Below are positions 11,007-25,500 of a stretch of 35,624 nucleotides of DNA, in pieces. Position 1 is the stretch's first letter, and the number at the start of each line of letters is the position of its first letter. The stretch spans positions 1-35,624 of the forward strand of contig JAAPAO010000369.1 in NCBI GenBank assembly GCA_013115145.1. Reading direction: 5' to 3'. A program made the translations under genes and the position numbers. Source of the DNA: Perkinsus chesapeaki ATCC PRA-425. Taxonomy: Eukaryota > Protista > Perkinsozoa. A model generated the notes under the pieces. That model was not told where the DNA came from, ran no database searches, and worked only from the letters and a program-made list of their open reading frames with translations.

Positions 11007-12485
11007 ATGTCTAGTGCTCAACAGGTGAGGCACACCGAAGGACACCCCTATGTGTTATCTCCATATGCTCAGGTACCCAACGTCACTCTCAACAACGGTA
11101 TGAAAATGCCTATCATTGGTCTGGGTACCTTTCTCACTCCTGATGACGTTGCTCCCAATGCTGTCGTTGCCGGTATAAAGGCGGGGTATCGTTACATCGA
11201 TACTGCATTTATGTAAGTCTACCCGTCACTATGGATAGCGTCATTTAGTCTTTTGCGCATATCACGGCTGTTAGTTACGAGAATCATCGTGGCGTGGGCG
11301 AGGGTATAAACCAAGCGATCAAGGAAGGCCTCGTCACTCGTGACGAGTTGTTCATCACGACGAAGCTCTGGATGGTGTTCTACCGCCCGGATCTCGTAAG
11401 ATCCGCGGTTAAGGATTTCTTGAAGGAGCTCAACTTGGATTACGTGGACCAGATCCTGATGCACTGGCCTTGCCCTCTTGAATTGCATGATCCTGCTAAA
11501 GAGTAAGTTTACCTACTGCTGGGTGGCTAGCTCGGTGATGTGTTACGTCAGTCCGAACTGGAAATGGCCAAAGAACGCTAAGGGAGAGTTCGATGCCATG
11601 ACTGGTGTTAAACTGAGCGACACATGGAGAGAGCTCGAAAAATGTGTTGATGAAGGCCTGGTAAGGTTCTGGTTGACATCACGAACCCGCAGACTCTCCC
11701 GAGTATATGTATCGGATACTTGTGGTGCTCGCAGGTCCGCTCCATCGGTGTGAGCAACTTTGATACCAATGAGATTGATGAGATTCTATCAATGTGTCGC
11801 ATCAAGCCTGCGGTTGATCAGATTGAGGTATGCCATCTACTCTTATACAGTACGTATTCAACAAACCTTCAACAGGTTCATCCTTACTTCCCTCAATGGC
11901 GTATGTTGGATTATTGCAAGAAGCATGATATCCACGTCGTAGCCTATGCTCCTCTAGGAAGCCCGGCCAACCAGTAAGAGCTTCCTCATCCAACGGTCGT
12001 TAATTAACGTTTCTTCGCAGGCCAGATGACGGATCGAAGAAGTATAACATTTTAGAGCACCCGACCATTACAGCTATCGCTAAGGCCCACAAGAAGTCTC
12101 CTGCTCAGGTAAGCCCCTAGAGATTTCCGACAAAAACTGTCCTTTTCGGCGCCAATCGCTGCCCTATAGCTGTTTGTCTGTAGGTATGCATACGGTGGAA
12201 TATTCAGCGAGGCCTAACAGTGATACCGAAGAGCACGAAGCCAGAACGTGTCATTGAAAACTTCCAGGTGTTCGATTTCGAACACCCTGCTGAGGAGATG
12301 GTGAGTGGTTCAGCTTTGGACCAGACCCTCTCTATTAGAGTGTAATGCCTGTACTTCAGGAACGCATCAATGCTATAGGCAAAGACCCAAAGAACCGTCA
12401 TCGCACATTCGACTGTGCCTTCCGCCCTAACGGGGAACGAGCGTTCGATCACGTGAAGGCTGTTGAGAGTTCCTACACGTTCTAG
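11007..12485 (+). CDS. Aldo-keto reductase copy 3 (9 exons, no signal peptide)
   Basis: MSSAQQ|[20 protein letters not shown]...DTAF|IYENH...TKLW...LMHWP...IPKS...SYTF*. Intron positions match the other copies. Confidence 0.95.
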
Positions 12486-13399
12486 AACTTTGAGACTATT
12501 CTTAAGTCTTTATTTGCAGTGAGTTCCACTTACGACTAACAAAAGGATTTCCCCTTTTATCGGATGTTGTGTAGTATCTCAATATGAAGGCCCAAGTGGG
12601 CTAGTGCGAGCTATTTCTCGGCCTGAGAATCTCAAGCCAAGTGGTAATCCTGCGTCTGCCCGAGACTCACCATCCTGCAATTGTGAAGCAATCCGAACAA
12701 GCTAGAAAGGCTGTATCGATCGAGGGGGATGCAAGTCTACGAGTCGATTGGCCTAGGTTCGAGAACTGCTGAAGTGTCTATCGTCAATCGGCGTATATGG
12801 GGAACTATCCCACTTCTGCCTTAGGGATTCCTCCCGTTAGTTCGTGGTGATGAGCGCAAAGACCAGCGATATACTTCTTGTTTTTTCTGGCCAATATCCT
12901 ATCGAAGCTGCTATACACAGGCAATTTAACATTCTCATCACCACGTAGTTCCCTGTTTACTTGAACGGTGGAAGTAGCACTGTGAGGATATCACCATGAG
13001 TTATAACAATAACTCACACTATAACTGTTATAGTGTGTTGTTACCGCCTCCTTGTGGCAGCACACAACCATTGGCTGTGCGTCGGTTTTTTTATTCTATG
13101 TTCCTTGTTTCCTTGTTTTTGTACTTCCTTGTTCCTCTACGTTGTTGGTGTACCCTGGACCGTCAGAGTCCCCAGTTTCTCCTTATGTACCTGAGTCTCT
13201 TCGTATCATCATTTATTACATAATTTCACAGTCAGCCAACTGAGGTAGATACAGCAATCGTTTTTCGCCATCCCGCAGAATCTCGCACGCGTGCAAGATC
13301 CTGTACGTGTGCGCAACCTACCTCCATACAGTGACCCGCGTTCTTAATGGTTACCCGAGTTCTTCTGCCTAGTTTTCTGCTTTCAAATCCGTCATTCGA

Positions 13400-14918
13400 A
13401 TGAGCAGTGAGCCTAGAGCTCCAACCATAACTCTTAATAACGGCGTGAAGATGCCGGTGGTCGGACTAGGCACGTTCCTTGCCGAGGACGAATTGGTCTC
13501 CGCCGCCGTGTATGCCGCTATCAAAGCTGGCTATCGCCATATCGATACGGCCTACTTGTAAGTCTTACCGAGCTCGGCAACTCACCGCCCCCTAGGTCTC
13601 TCACGGAAATGGGGATCAACATATTGGACGTGTCAGTTACGGAAACCACCACGGCGTTGGCAAGGGCATCGCTGATTCTATCAAGGAGGGTCTGATCAGT
13701 CGAGAGGAGCTCTTCGTTACGACGAAGCTGTGGATGGCTCAATACAGGCCAGACGTCGTTGTACCCTCAGTGGTGGAGATGCTGCAAGAACTTGGTCTCA
13801 CCTATGTTGACCAAATCCTCATGCATTGGCCGATCGTTTATGAACGTCATGACCCAGCAAGCGAGTAGAGCACTGAATGCGTATCGATGCTGAGGTCTTA
13901 GCAATCTCAGTCCGGACTGGAAGACTCCCAAGGATGCCAATGGTCATTATCTCATTGATACAACAACAAAGCTAAGCGACACGTGGAGAGAGCTCGAGAA
14001 ATGCGTGGATAGCGGCAAGGTTGGTCTCCTTTACTACTGTATAACCCATACCACTCCTTTCACAAATGTCGACTGAAGTGTCGGTCAGTGATTTTCGCAG
14101 AGTGGTTGTCCCTTCAGGCCCGCTCGATTGGAGTTAGTAACTTCAAGGTCGAGGATTTAGAGGAGATTCTCTCTAACGGTCGTATCAAGCCAGTTGTCAA
14201 CCAGATTGAGGCAAGCCGGTCGTCACTGTCCGAAAGTCGAGCCCCTTCATATAGGTTCATCCCTACTTACCACAAGAGAAAATGTTCAGGTTCTTGAAGT
14301 CGAAGGGTATCGATATGGTTGCCCACTCCCCTCTGGGCAATCCGAGCTTCTCGTGAGATTCTCTTAAACATTGTTGCCGGTGATGCTTGGTCTTCTTTAG
14401 GCCACTGGATGGAAGCCCCAAGCATAACGTGCTCGTTCATCCTGATATCGTCGCGATTGCTGCAGCTCACAACAAGACCCCCGCCAATGTAGGCCGACTA
14501 GCGCCCAGAATCGCGCGCGTGGCGAGGTTTGAAGCTCTTTCGAAGAACCTTTGCCGACTACAATAACAGTTCTCAAAGCTGAATTTCCAAACGCAGACTC
14601 CTAGTGAAAAGATTATCAAAGTAATTGATAGGATGCTACTTCAGGTGTGCATCCGTTGGGGCATTCAGCGCGGCTATGTGGTCCTGCCTAAAAGCATCAA
14701 ACCAGAACGCGTAGTAGAAAACTTCAAGGTCTTCGATTTCCAGCTCACTGCTGATGAGATGGTGAGCAACCAACACGCGCAGTGTCCTGGAATAGACTCA
14801 GCTGTCTCAGGGACGTATCAGTGCTATTGGTCGCGATGCTAAGAACTGTCATCGCACCTTTAACCCGGCCATGAAGGCGGACGGCAGTGGGATGTTTGAT
14901 GGGGTTGATGGAAACTAG
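13400..14918 (+). CDS. Aldo-keto reductase copy 4 (8 exons, one GC-AG intron, no signal peptide)
   Basis: [26 protein letters not shown]...DTAY|FYGNH...TKLW...LMHWP...SNF...NQIE|(GC donor 14211)VHPY...LPKS...GVDGN*. Confidence 0.93.
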
Positions 14919-15066
14919 CTTTCCCAGAACCTACTTGTTTCACTATATTACCACAAGTCTGTGTAACTCTTTCCGAGTTTGATTTTTCATTCGACTTTGT
15001 CGAGTTGTTAAATTTCTCTCACCCCGGTTGAACCCAGTTCCTTGATTGCGTCTATCCTTTGCTGTG

Positions 15067-16971
<1,905 letters not shown>

Positions 16972-17862
16972 GTCTATTTTTCGACAACCAAGTAGTCTTA
17001 ACCATCTCATCCGAGTCAACACGTTGCGGTTGTTGTCTTTCGTAGAAATGAGGCGCGAGCCTGCTAGAAGCGAGTGTTAAGGAGTTTTTCAAGCCAGTCT
17101 AGACTCGCGTTACATTGTAGAGGCGAACTCGAGCAGTGTTATCGATAATATAGTGACAACGTGGACGGCGTTGGAGTGGGGAGCGGGGTGATGAGGCTAA
17201 GCCGGAGTAACCCGTCCGCCGGCTGACTGCTAGGATGTACGGGAAACAGCCAGCACATAGCGGTAGGGGGGAGGCAGTAAAGACTCGAGGATATGGTGAA
17301 CGAACATGTTTGTGTTTGTTTGTATCCTCGCTACTGCTACAGCCTATTGTGGCATACCACGTTCGCTTTGCAAAGGAAAACTCGAAGGCAAAAGCTGTTT
17401 TCGACTTGTTGTACCAGCGAACGACATGCGCTACTTCTTTAGCACTCGAACCAGAACTCGCTGTAACTCATAAAACGTATGAAATGTGGCGTTGTGTTTC
17501 ACGCCATCACTATTCTAGCCATCGCGAAGCGGATTCGCGATGGCTTGTGTCATTGTCGATGACATGGATAATGCATGACCATTTATTGCCCTTCAAATAT
17601 TGTGCTATTCAACTTCAAACTCGGAATGCACTTACATATGAGAAGCTTATATGATAGTGATGGAAAGCCGTCGATTTTCTCGAGGCATTGAAGTACAGAA
17701 GCAGGGTGTACAGCGAGCAATGAAAGCACAGCTTTTTGCTACCACTCTCTGAGTAACACACCGCAAGATGACGAAAAACTAAGACTAAGAAGCTGAGTGG
17801 CGATGATCGTAAGGCATGTCGAGTATAGCTTACCGCAAGAATGGTTGGGAAGCGGTATGTAT

Positions 17863-19857
17863 CTACTTGATGTTTAAGAACTTCTTGACTCTCGCCCTCA
17901 TCTTGGTTCTCGCCTCCCTAAGTGACGCTATCCTGGTCTACCACGAAACTCCACACTAGCACCTGGCATGCCTGTCCTTTTTGGCAGCTTCTGCCGATGT
18001 CCAATAGCAGTGGGAGTTTAGAGGCACCTAAAACGCAAGTAACGTTGTCAATACCTTAAACGCACCTCGATACTGGGAAGGTCGGGATCAGATTCACCTC
18101 GTAAGACACCATACTGTTTCCATGGATCAATTTCTCCAACGACCGAAAGAATCTTGGTAGCTCCATGTAGGCTCCTTCCACCCCACTTCACGTTGAGTCG
18201 TCTGTTGTGTGCAGTGAGCTGATTGGGAGCAGAACGACACGAGCGGAACAAAGCGGGCCCTACCTCAGCTGTGTCAATTCCGTAAGCTAAATCACAACCA
18301 TACTTGAAGAGTATCGCATCGTTCCCCGGCACTTGAGGCGGCCACATACAGTTGTCACTTTTGCAAGCAGGTATGATACCAAGTTCGCTACATTTCTGAA
18401 AGTTCCACATTTTGACATCGTCAAGGTTCTTCGGATCACTAAACCTACGGAACGTTACACTGTTAGACTTTCTCACAAACACGAATAACTACCTCTTCGA
18501 TCTCGCAGCAAAATCTATATCGTGAGGACCTGCACCTGACGTGGCCTTGAAAATCTGGACGAGACGCTCGTATGGGGTACTGAAGAGAAGGCTGGCCGGA
18601 AGTGGCTCACCCGATGTACCATTACGATCTTTCTCTCTTGGTAAACTTTGCGCAAATCCCTTTGATGTTGCAGTAACGTCCGGTACAGTAAGGATCATTA
18701 CGGGCGTCATCGAACTCGAGTAGACCATCACGGATCCTAATCTTGCAATAAACGGTAACTGGCTGACTCGACCCTTACCAGAAGATTCGATTCCATCTGT
18801 CTTCTAAAGATTTCGGCTTCAGGGAAAACTCCCTTTCGAGCTGTCGCCGGCTCCCAGGATTTCTCAGAAGCTCCCCGACCTTTGCATGAGCCTCTTTGAT
18901 CTAAGACGTAAGTATTCCCGAAGATATAAGTTACTCAAGGATCCTTACTTTATCACGACATTCCTTGCTACCGCCAAGGCGCTGATCGCCGAAGAAGGAG
19001 TAGACTGCGTCGTAATACCTAAATCAAGAAATACTCCTTAAATGCATATACTAAAAGCGAGGCTTACCCGGGGGCCGTGACCGGAAAGTCAAAAACAGGG
19101 CAGTTTGCAACTGCAGCTTCAAACTTGTCAGGGTGGGCCTGCCGAGTCCAACCGGCAAGGGCCTGACTAGGAATGCTCCTCGGGTACGTAAAGGATACGG
19201 AAGGTAATACACCGCCGTAGCTCGAGCCGAACAGGACGACTTTAGTGCTGTCCACAGGGAGGCTCAATGATTTCAGGATCCAATCTCGTATCTGAGCGAC
19301 GTCCTCTACAGCCTGTTCGGTTGTGAGTAAAGTCTTCAGCGTATCAGAAGGGTTTGTGCGTGTGGGGAACGACTGACCGTAGAAACTAAGAAAGCGTTGG
19401 TGTTGGATAAGAGCTGGTTGAGCCACTCCGCCTACCGATGCTCGACGGCAGCAACATAAGCGCCAAGGTCCTTAGCGAGCTCTATCATATCGTCGTTGAA
19501 AGGAGACGGAGATTTTACAGTTTCCAAAGGCAGAGGATCCTCATTGCCGACATAAAGGAGGAGAATCTACAGAGAACGTGAAGTCAGAGAAGCTCGTTCA
19601 CTGAAGGTACCGGTGGTGATGTCGATCTTTTAGCGAACTGATCGTTCGTGGCATAAGTTTGTATGAAAGTCGGTGGCACACCAGACCCTGTAAGGGGAGA
19701 TATCGACCTCATGAGTTAGCAACTTACGAGGGGCCCCTGTATGGTTGGTTTTCTTCTGAATGTAGGTCTTAAACCCCGCTGCTGATTCAGCACGTTTCCA
19801 TAGAGTCAAGAATACCGAGATGACATTCAGATAGGACGAAAACATCAATGGGTGCAT
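17863..19857 (-). CDS. Serine peptidase family S28 (prolylcarboxypeptidase / thymus-specific serine protease-like), probably secreted or lysosomal
   Basis: The spliced model has a hydrophobic N-terminus and S28 motifs LYVGNE, VEHR|FYGQS, LTTEQAVED, FGSSYGG (nucleophile Ser), WNFQKCSELG, GEIDPW (Asp) and SHC (His), ending EARTKMRARVKKFLNIK*. Confidence 0.9.
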
Positions 19858-21544
19858 TCTTTCTGAAGTTAGTAAAAATAACTTCCACGAAATTATGTTG
19901 ATGAAATCTTATTGAAGTCTCTGTGACAATATTCCATCCGAGACTTGGTCAAAGTGGATGGGCTTCTGGTTTGACACTTCTCAAACACAAGTGAGGAAAT
20001 GCCAGGATCGTGAAACCCTTTTGCCAAGCTAGGACCCGGCGCTCGAATATCTAGCAAAAGTTCATTACGCCTTGCTAGATCAACGCCGCTTTGGGATACT
20101 CTCCGCGCCAAGTGATTAGGAATGGGCGCGCTCCACTAGCGTGAGTACGTACACGTGCCAAGATGAGAGCCCCAATCGGGTACTCGACTTTGCTATGTGC
20201 TCTATTACAGGACCAGTCCCAATGACGATATGAGCGATGGCTAACCAGCGGAAGTTATCCATGAGCTCTTTTAAACGAGTAGCTACGACCCTCACTACGG
20301 GTACACAATAAATAACGTTAGGCGTCGAAGTTTGTTAGCTCGCGACGCGCAAACTCTGCAAAACGTGCACAACTCAAGTTCGCCAGTGGTGACGTTGAGC
20401 CACCGGGAGAATTGCCAATTGTCTCTCAGTCACTATGTTGTAGGGTTTTGTTGGGCTGAGCCGAGTTTTCCTGCTATGAGCATGATCGAAGGATCTTTGG
20501 TCCCTGGATAACTCAGGGGATAACGACTAATGCGAACTAGGATATCGAGTACAACGTATACAATATAATGGATTATTTGCTCTCTGTGGTGTACGTACCG
20601 ATTGATGGCACGCCTGCGCAAATATCACTGCTCGGTAGGTTTTGTTCCCCTAGAGTACAAAACAATCCTTGTCAACTAGTGGTTGCTAAGACCAATAGTT
20701 TCTGAAGGCGACTCTCTGTTGTTGATCCCCCGACCCAGAAGCCCTGAGCAACGGGGAACTCACACTCCTGGATCATCCAGGAGTGCATCCAGGCTGGATG
20801 CAGTTCTTCACCGTTGGCATATGATCCGCCTAGGATCATCGAAAAGTCGTTCACCGAATGATGTTCGTTGGACGATTGGATTACATTGAACTTCAATGAT
20901 TGAAGCACCGTCCTCGATCAGGCCCCTCCTGATTTGAAACGAACACATATTCAATGACAAATTATCATTGATAGACAATGTAAGTACTAAGTTTAAACAA
21001 TAGATTTGTGAATCTTCGCGTCTGCCATCACATCCATCAATGTAGCACAAATACCGTATCATTTCTCGTGCAGTGTGCCTGGAACAATTCGTACTAGTGC
21101 GCGGGTAACACTCCCTCAACCTCGGGAGATTCCACTGCCGCTGCATTCGCTAGCGTATTAGTATTCCAGGGAATCTGGACTGAGCATCTTAAGAAGTGAC
21201 GGCGTTATCACGTCTCGATAGGAACGGTGGTATTATTTCTCATTGACTTTGATGATGCGATACTCAACTACAACTGGTTCAAGGCACAACATATTGGTGA
21301 ATGTGGTTTGTGACATGATCGTCAATCACGGCTTAAATCAACAGCAGACTCTCGTCTGAAAAGAAGTCAACATCATTCTCGTCGGCCACTCACAAGAATT
21401 CCAACCTGCGAGCCATCTCATCTGATGCATACTGCTTTATCATATCCAACCAAGAAGCAGATGTATCTGGCATCAACGAGTAGCCAAAAACTCTTCCACA
21501 ATCAAACGATGTAAATAGTTTATATTGTGCCTATAATTGCTGCA

Positions 21545-23667
21545 ACCATTTTCCAGCTACGTTTGTCTGTGCAACCGCCGCAAGCCTCGCAAGTAGCAAA
21601 AACGCTCGTCGACATCATCGCTACTTTCGTGCCCTTTTTTGGGTCTAATAGCTCTCCACCAACGTTCGATGGCTCGGGTAGCCAGCTTCATCCGATCAAT
21701 CCTGCAATGTGCGATTAATAACATTGTTCTAAATAACCCTTAAGAGCATCTCACGTGATCGTTTCCGCCTCGAAACGTTTAACTTTAATGATGACGCGAG
21801 TGAACGGGGTGGTCCTCGGATCCAAACCATTTAGCAGCACGCCATCGCGCGTTAGACCATGCTCGTTAAGAGGATACCGAAGCTGAGAGCAGACAGGCAG
21901 AGTAAAAGCCAACAGGCTGACATCGGTACTGAGTACTTTAACCGTATCAGCCCCTTCGGTTCGCGAAACCATAGTGTAGTTGGCCCAAGCCGACCTGGGA
22001 TGGGAAGGTGGAAGGCATCTCGCAGCACACTCGGCACTGCGCTGTTTGAAACACTCCACTTCGAGCTCTCTCAGTCGCCGACGGCACAGAGCGGTACGAA
22101 TACTAAACGGGGATATATCAGCTGAGTTGACCGTTCCAACAACGAAGAGAAGAAGCGGTAGGCAGAACGGCAACTCGAAAAGTATCGGATTCGCTCACCT
22201 GGTTTGCAGCACAACGGTTGCCTTCTCCCGACCTTCCTTACCCTTCCATGCGACCTTTCTCCCAAGCCAAAACAACTGTATCGTCTTTATCGCGATTTTC
22301 CTCTTCAACTGTCGCCGTTTAACAAACCTTCTCCAAGTTCGTTGCACCTTCATCACCATCATTCTCTCCCACAGAAATCGTCGTCTCTGCCTGTTCCCCT
22401 TGTACATAGCTTGAACGAACGTCAGAGCGTTGATAACCCGCCCCTCGAGGAGTATCGCTTCCTTCAACTCGAACACCTCTCGCCTCGCCACGCAACCCCT
22501 CCACCGCGCTTGCAGCCTCAGAATCAGTTCCCGATGCTTCATGCTTTCCCGTCGAGCTAAGGTACCCCGACGAACACTCTGCACCACTAAAGTGGCCTTC
22601 TCGAGCCTCCTCCTCTGCTGCCACCGCCTGACGGCTCTCTGTATCCGGACAGCCATTTCTCTTTCAAGCTGTCGACGCGCCACAAAAGATTTCCACGCAC
22701 GCTGCACTTTAATAACCATCATTTTTTCAGTGAGGAACTTTCGTCGTTGTTGGTTACCCTTACAAAGGGCCTGCAGGAACGCCGTCGCCTGCAACATCCT
22801 GCTTTCCCGGGCTGCTGCCTCCCTTATATCATTCACTCTCATTCGAGCCACTGTCGCCCTCCGACGAGCCTGCAGCTGTACAATCACGTCCAACTGCTTC
22901 GCTCTCTCCCTCCTTGCTCGATTCCCTCGCCACGCGCTCTGTATAGCCACAGCCGATTCCTTCCTAGCCTCTTTCACCGTCTGCCGTCGCTTTAGGGCTC
23001 GCCAGTAGAGCTGAATGCTCTCTGCGCAGATGCGTTGTTTCAGCTTTCTACGCCTGACAAATTGCCGCCACACCCGGGCAACCTTCACCGCGAGTATCTC
23101 CCTCACCAGAGTTTGCCGTCTATGAGACTTCCTCCTGTACGCAGCTTGAATGAACGTCACTGCGGTAAGTTCAGCCTGCCGCTCGGCAATTTCCCGGCGG
23201 AGCGACGCAACTTTCCGTCTAGCAATGCGTCCTCGCCAGTGAGCCTGTACCCGACGGATGAGCCGACTGTGTGTCGCCAACTCTCGACGATAAACCGTTT
23301 CCTTTCGAGCCAACCTTCCCCTCCAAAACGACTGCAACTTCACTGCCGCTGCATTCTTCCTCTTCACCTCCACAAATTTTCTATACACCCGCCGAGATGG
23401 TATTGATTTCCACCATGAACTGATGCGAGTCGCCGCTCGATTCCGAAGCGGCCCTTTCACGCGTTGGTTGTGTTCAAGCCAATACTTCTCGATAAACCTA
23501 ACTGCCGCGACGCTTGCCACGAGCCGGTCTAAATCTGCCTTCAACTGAGAGAGCTCCAAGAGCTTCTCGTGAGCCATCACAAGACCCGCTTTATAGTCCT
23601 GCTCCGATCCCTGATCCCCCCATAAAAAGTACTTGGTATCATAAACCATATAAAACCTGACCGGCAC
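21545..23667 (-). CDS. IQ calmodulin-binding repeat protein (ASPM-like IQ array); both ends uncertain
   Basis: One exon of about 1.46 kb carries many IQ motifs (LQSFWRG, VQAHWRG, IQAAYR, IQSAWRG, LQARWRG, VQRTWRR). It splices in frame to LQT|SIRTALCRRRL... and, through an intron that removes the 21751 stop, to IDRMKLATRAIERWWRAIR, another IQ-like motif. Confidence 0.8.
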
Positions 23668-25500
23668 TCTACAGCTGATTAACTAAGTCAACTCCAGGGC
23701 TGATGGAAGGCACAACTGAACCAGAAGCACCGATTGCAGCATGCGAAGTAACACCATGTGAAACGGACAGCAACACCACCTGAAGTGATGTAGTAACAGC
23801 TAGACTTTAACTAAGATGATACACTCCCAATAGTATCTGCCAAACACCAACAATGCCTTCCCGCTGACCGTCGGCCACTTAACCTTCTTTCGTCCTCACG
23901 TCGCTGACGCCTGTAGAACCTACCAAAACGACGGCACTAACATGCCATAACCGGACACTCACCGTAAAGAACGACGGCTCCGGCTGCTGCTGCTTGCTGT
24001 GACGGAGATGAAGCTTGCCTCTCCTTCAGCGGCACTAGTATAGCAAGAGCCGAGCCCAGGACCGCACAAAATGTCGGGACAGCTGGTAAAACATCGATAA
24101 TGCATTGAGAACAGGATTACTGATGAGCCCCCAAGTGACGGCCGTAATGATGCTGACCATCTTCCCTAGCAAGTAGCACTGGTCTACACCTCCACTAGGG
24201 AGCCTCCGGACAAATTCAAAGTCCTTTATAGCATCCTTAAGACTATCCGGCCAATCCCAAGCTCGAAAGGCTTCTACAGGCGATATGTCACTAATTGCTG
24301 ATGAAGGTACCGCGGGCCTGTCAAGAGCAGTCCTTCACATCAATACAACACCCTGCCTTCCTATCCAATACGTCCCGATGGCCAGGAGGACATACGAGCA
24401 CCTGCAACATACCTCAGCTAGCAATCAGGAGAGACAGCCACTACATTGAACACAGCAGCTCGATGAGAAACGCTCCACGGAACGATACCCGCCGAGCCCA
24501 GGCGGATACGAACATTGTAACTGGCAAAAACAGCCATCGCGTCACCACAACAATAACGAACTCCTCCAACGTCCCGAACTATCCATTCAAGCCATCTCCC
24601 CTCTCATTAGAGATCATCACCATCGAGCCCTATCACCTGGCCATCCTAGGACCACTGCTATCAGCAACCATTCTCTATATGGTCTGTTACAGTGCTCCTT
24701 GGCATCACCCACAGTCAAAGTGAGAACTACGATAATGGCAATGTCCACTACAGTTGCAACAACCATCATAGCAGCAACCGCCGTCGGGTAGGGAAGCACA
24801 GGCACTGCCGACGCCTCCACGGCCCGCTGCCGACAGGAGACCATTTAAGCTGGATAATCTGGCGAATAGCAGAGGGAGCAACGCAACAAGAAAGGAAGCC
24901 TCAACGTAATGGTAAAGATGCCGAACGTCGACGACAACCTTCTCATGGTTGCTCTCCTCATCGACTATGATAATGCTATATGCTACATAAGTACATCACT
25001 GCAGTGATGGCATCCAGCAGGGGTAGTAAAGAAAGGAGAAGGCCGCCTCTTCACGAGTGATGATGTTGCATGGTCTATTAACAAATGCTTGGTGATGGTG
25101 CCTATTGGGCTATCGAGCACCACATCCGTCCATCGCCTCCTCTTCCTGGTAGCCAACCACAGGGCTCGATGCCGCAGTAGAGGCCACACCAACGGAAATG
25201 TCGTCTCTCATGATAAGGCAGCAACAACCACCATCGCAGCTCCCCGGAGATGGGCAGGCTTTCGCCTGAGCTATAGCTCTCATCAACAACGGACTCGGTC
25301 CCATTTCGGGCCGCCAGGAGAAGCTTCTACATAACGACGACGACTCCTTGTGATGATGGCGCCCCTTGCCGTCCTCGACTGGGTGGTGCCCGCCTGGACC
25401 GCCAGAACCGCAACAACTACCTCGCCGAACCAAGGACGGAAAGCACGAGAAGCATGTCGCAGTAGTAGCAGTGGTGGTAGTCATCAGGCAAGCCAACCAG
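23650..25500 (-). CDS. Hypothetical multi-exon, multi-pass membrane protein (exon chain unresolved)
   Basis: Hydrophobic minus-strand segments flanked by GT/AG, e.g. AMMVVATVVDIAIIVVLTLTVGDAKEHCNRPYREWLLIAVVLGWP, FVIVVVTRWLFLPVTMFVSAW, YVLLAIGTYWIG and VPTFCAVLGSALAILVPL. Some junction phases could not be fixed. Confidence 0.45.

Noticed and set aside
10620-11216. 198-aa ORF ending in an AKR motif
   Set aside because: It reads through the tRNA and AKR3 intron 1 by chance. The true start is the ATG at 11007 with a GT-AG intron.
12996-13243. Hydrophobic ORFs between AKR3 and AKR4
   Set aside because: The hydrophobicity comes from T-rich sequence, and no gene structure could be built on either strand.
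17235-17654. 139-aa ORF in the convergent spacer
   Set aside because: It has no recognisable motif or supporting exon structure, so it is probably a chance ORF.
22204-23406. Several plus-strand ORFs of 80-190 aa
   Set aside because: They are antisense shadows of the long IQ exon.
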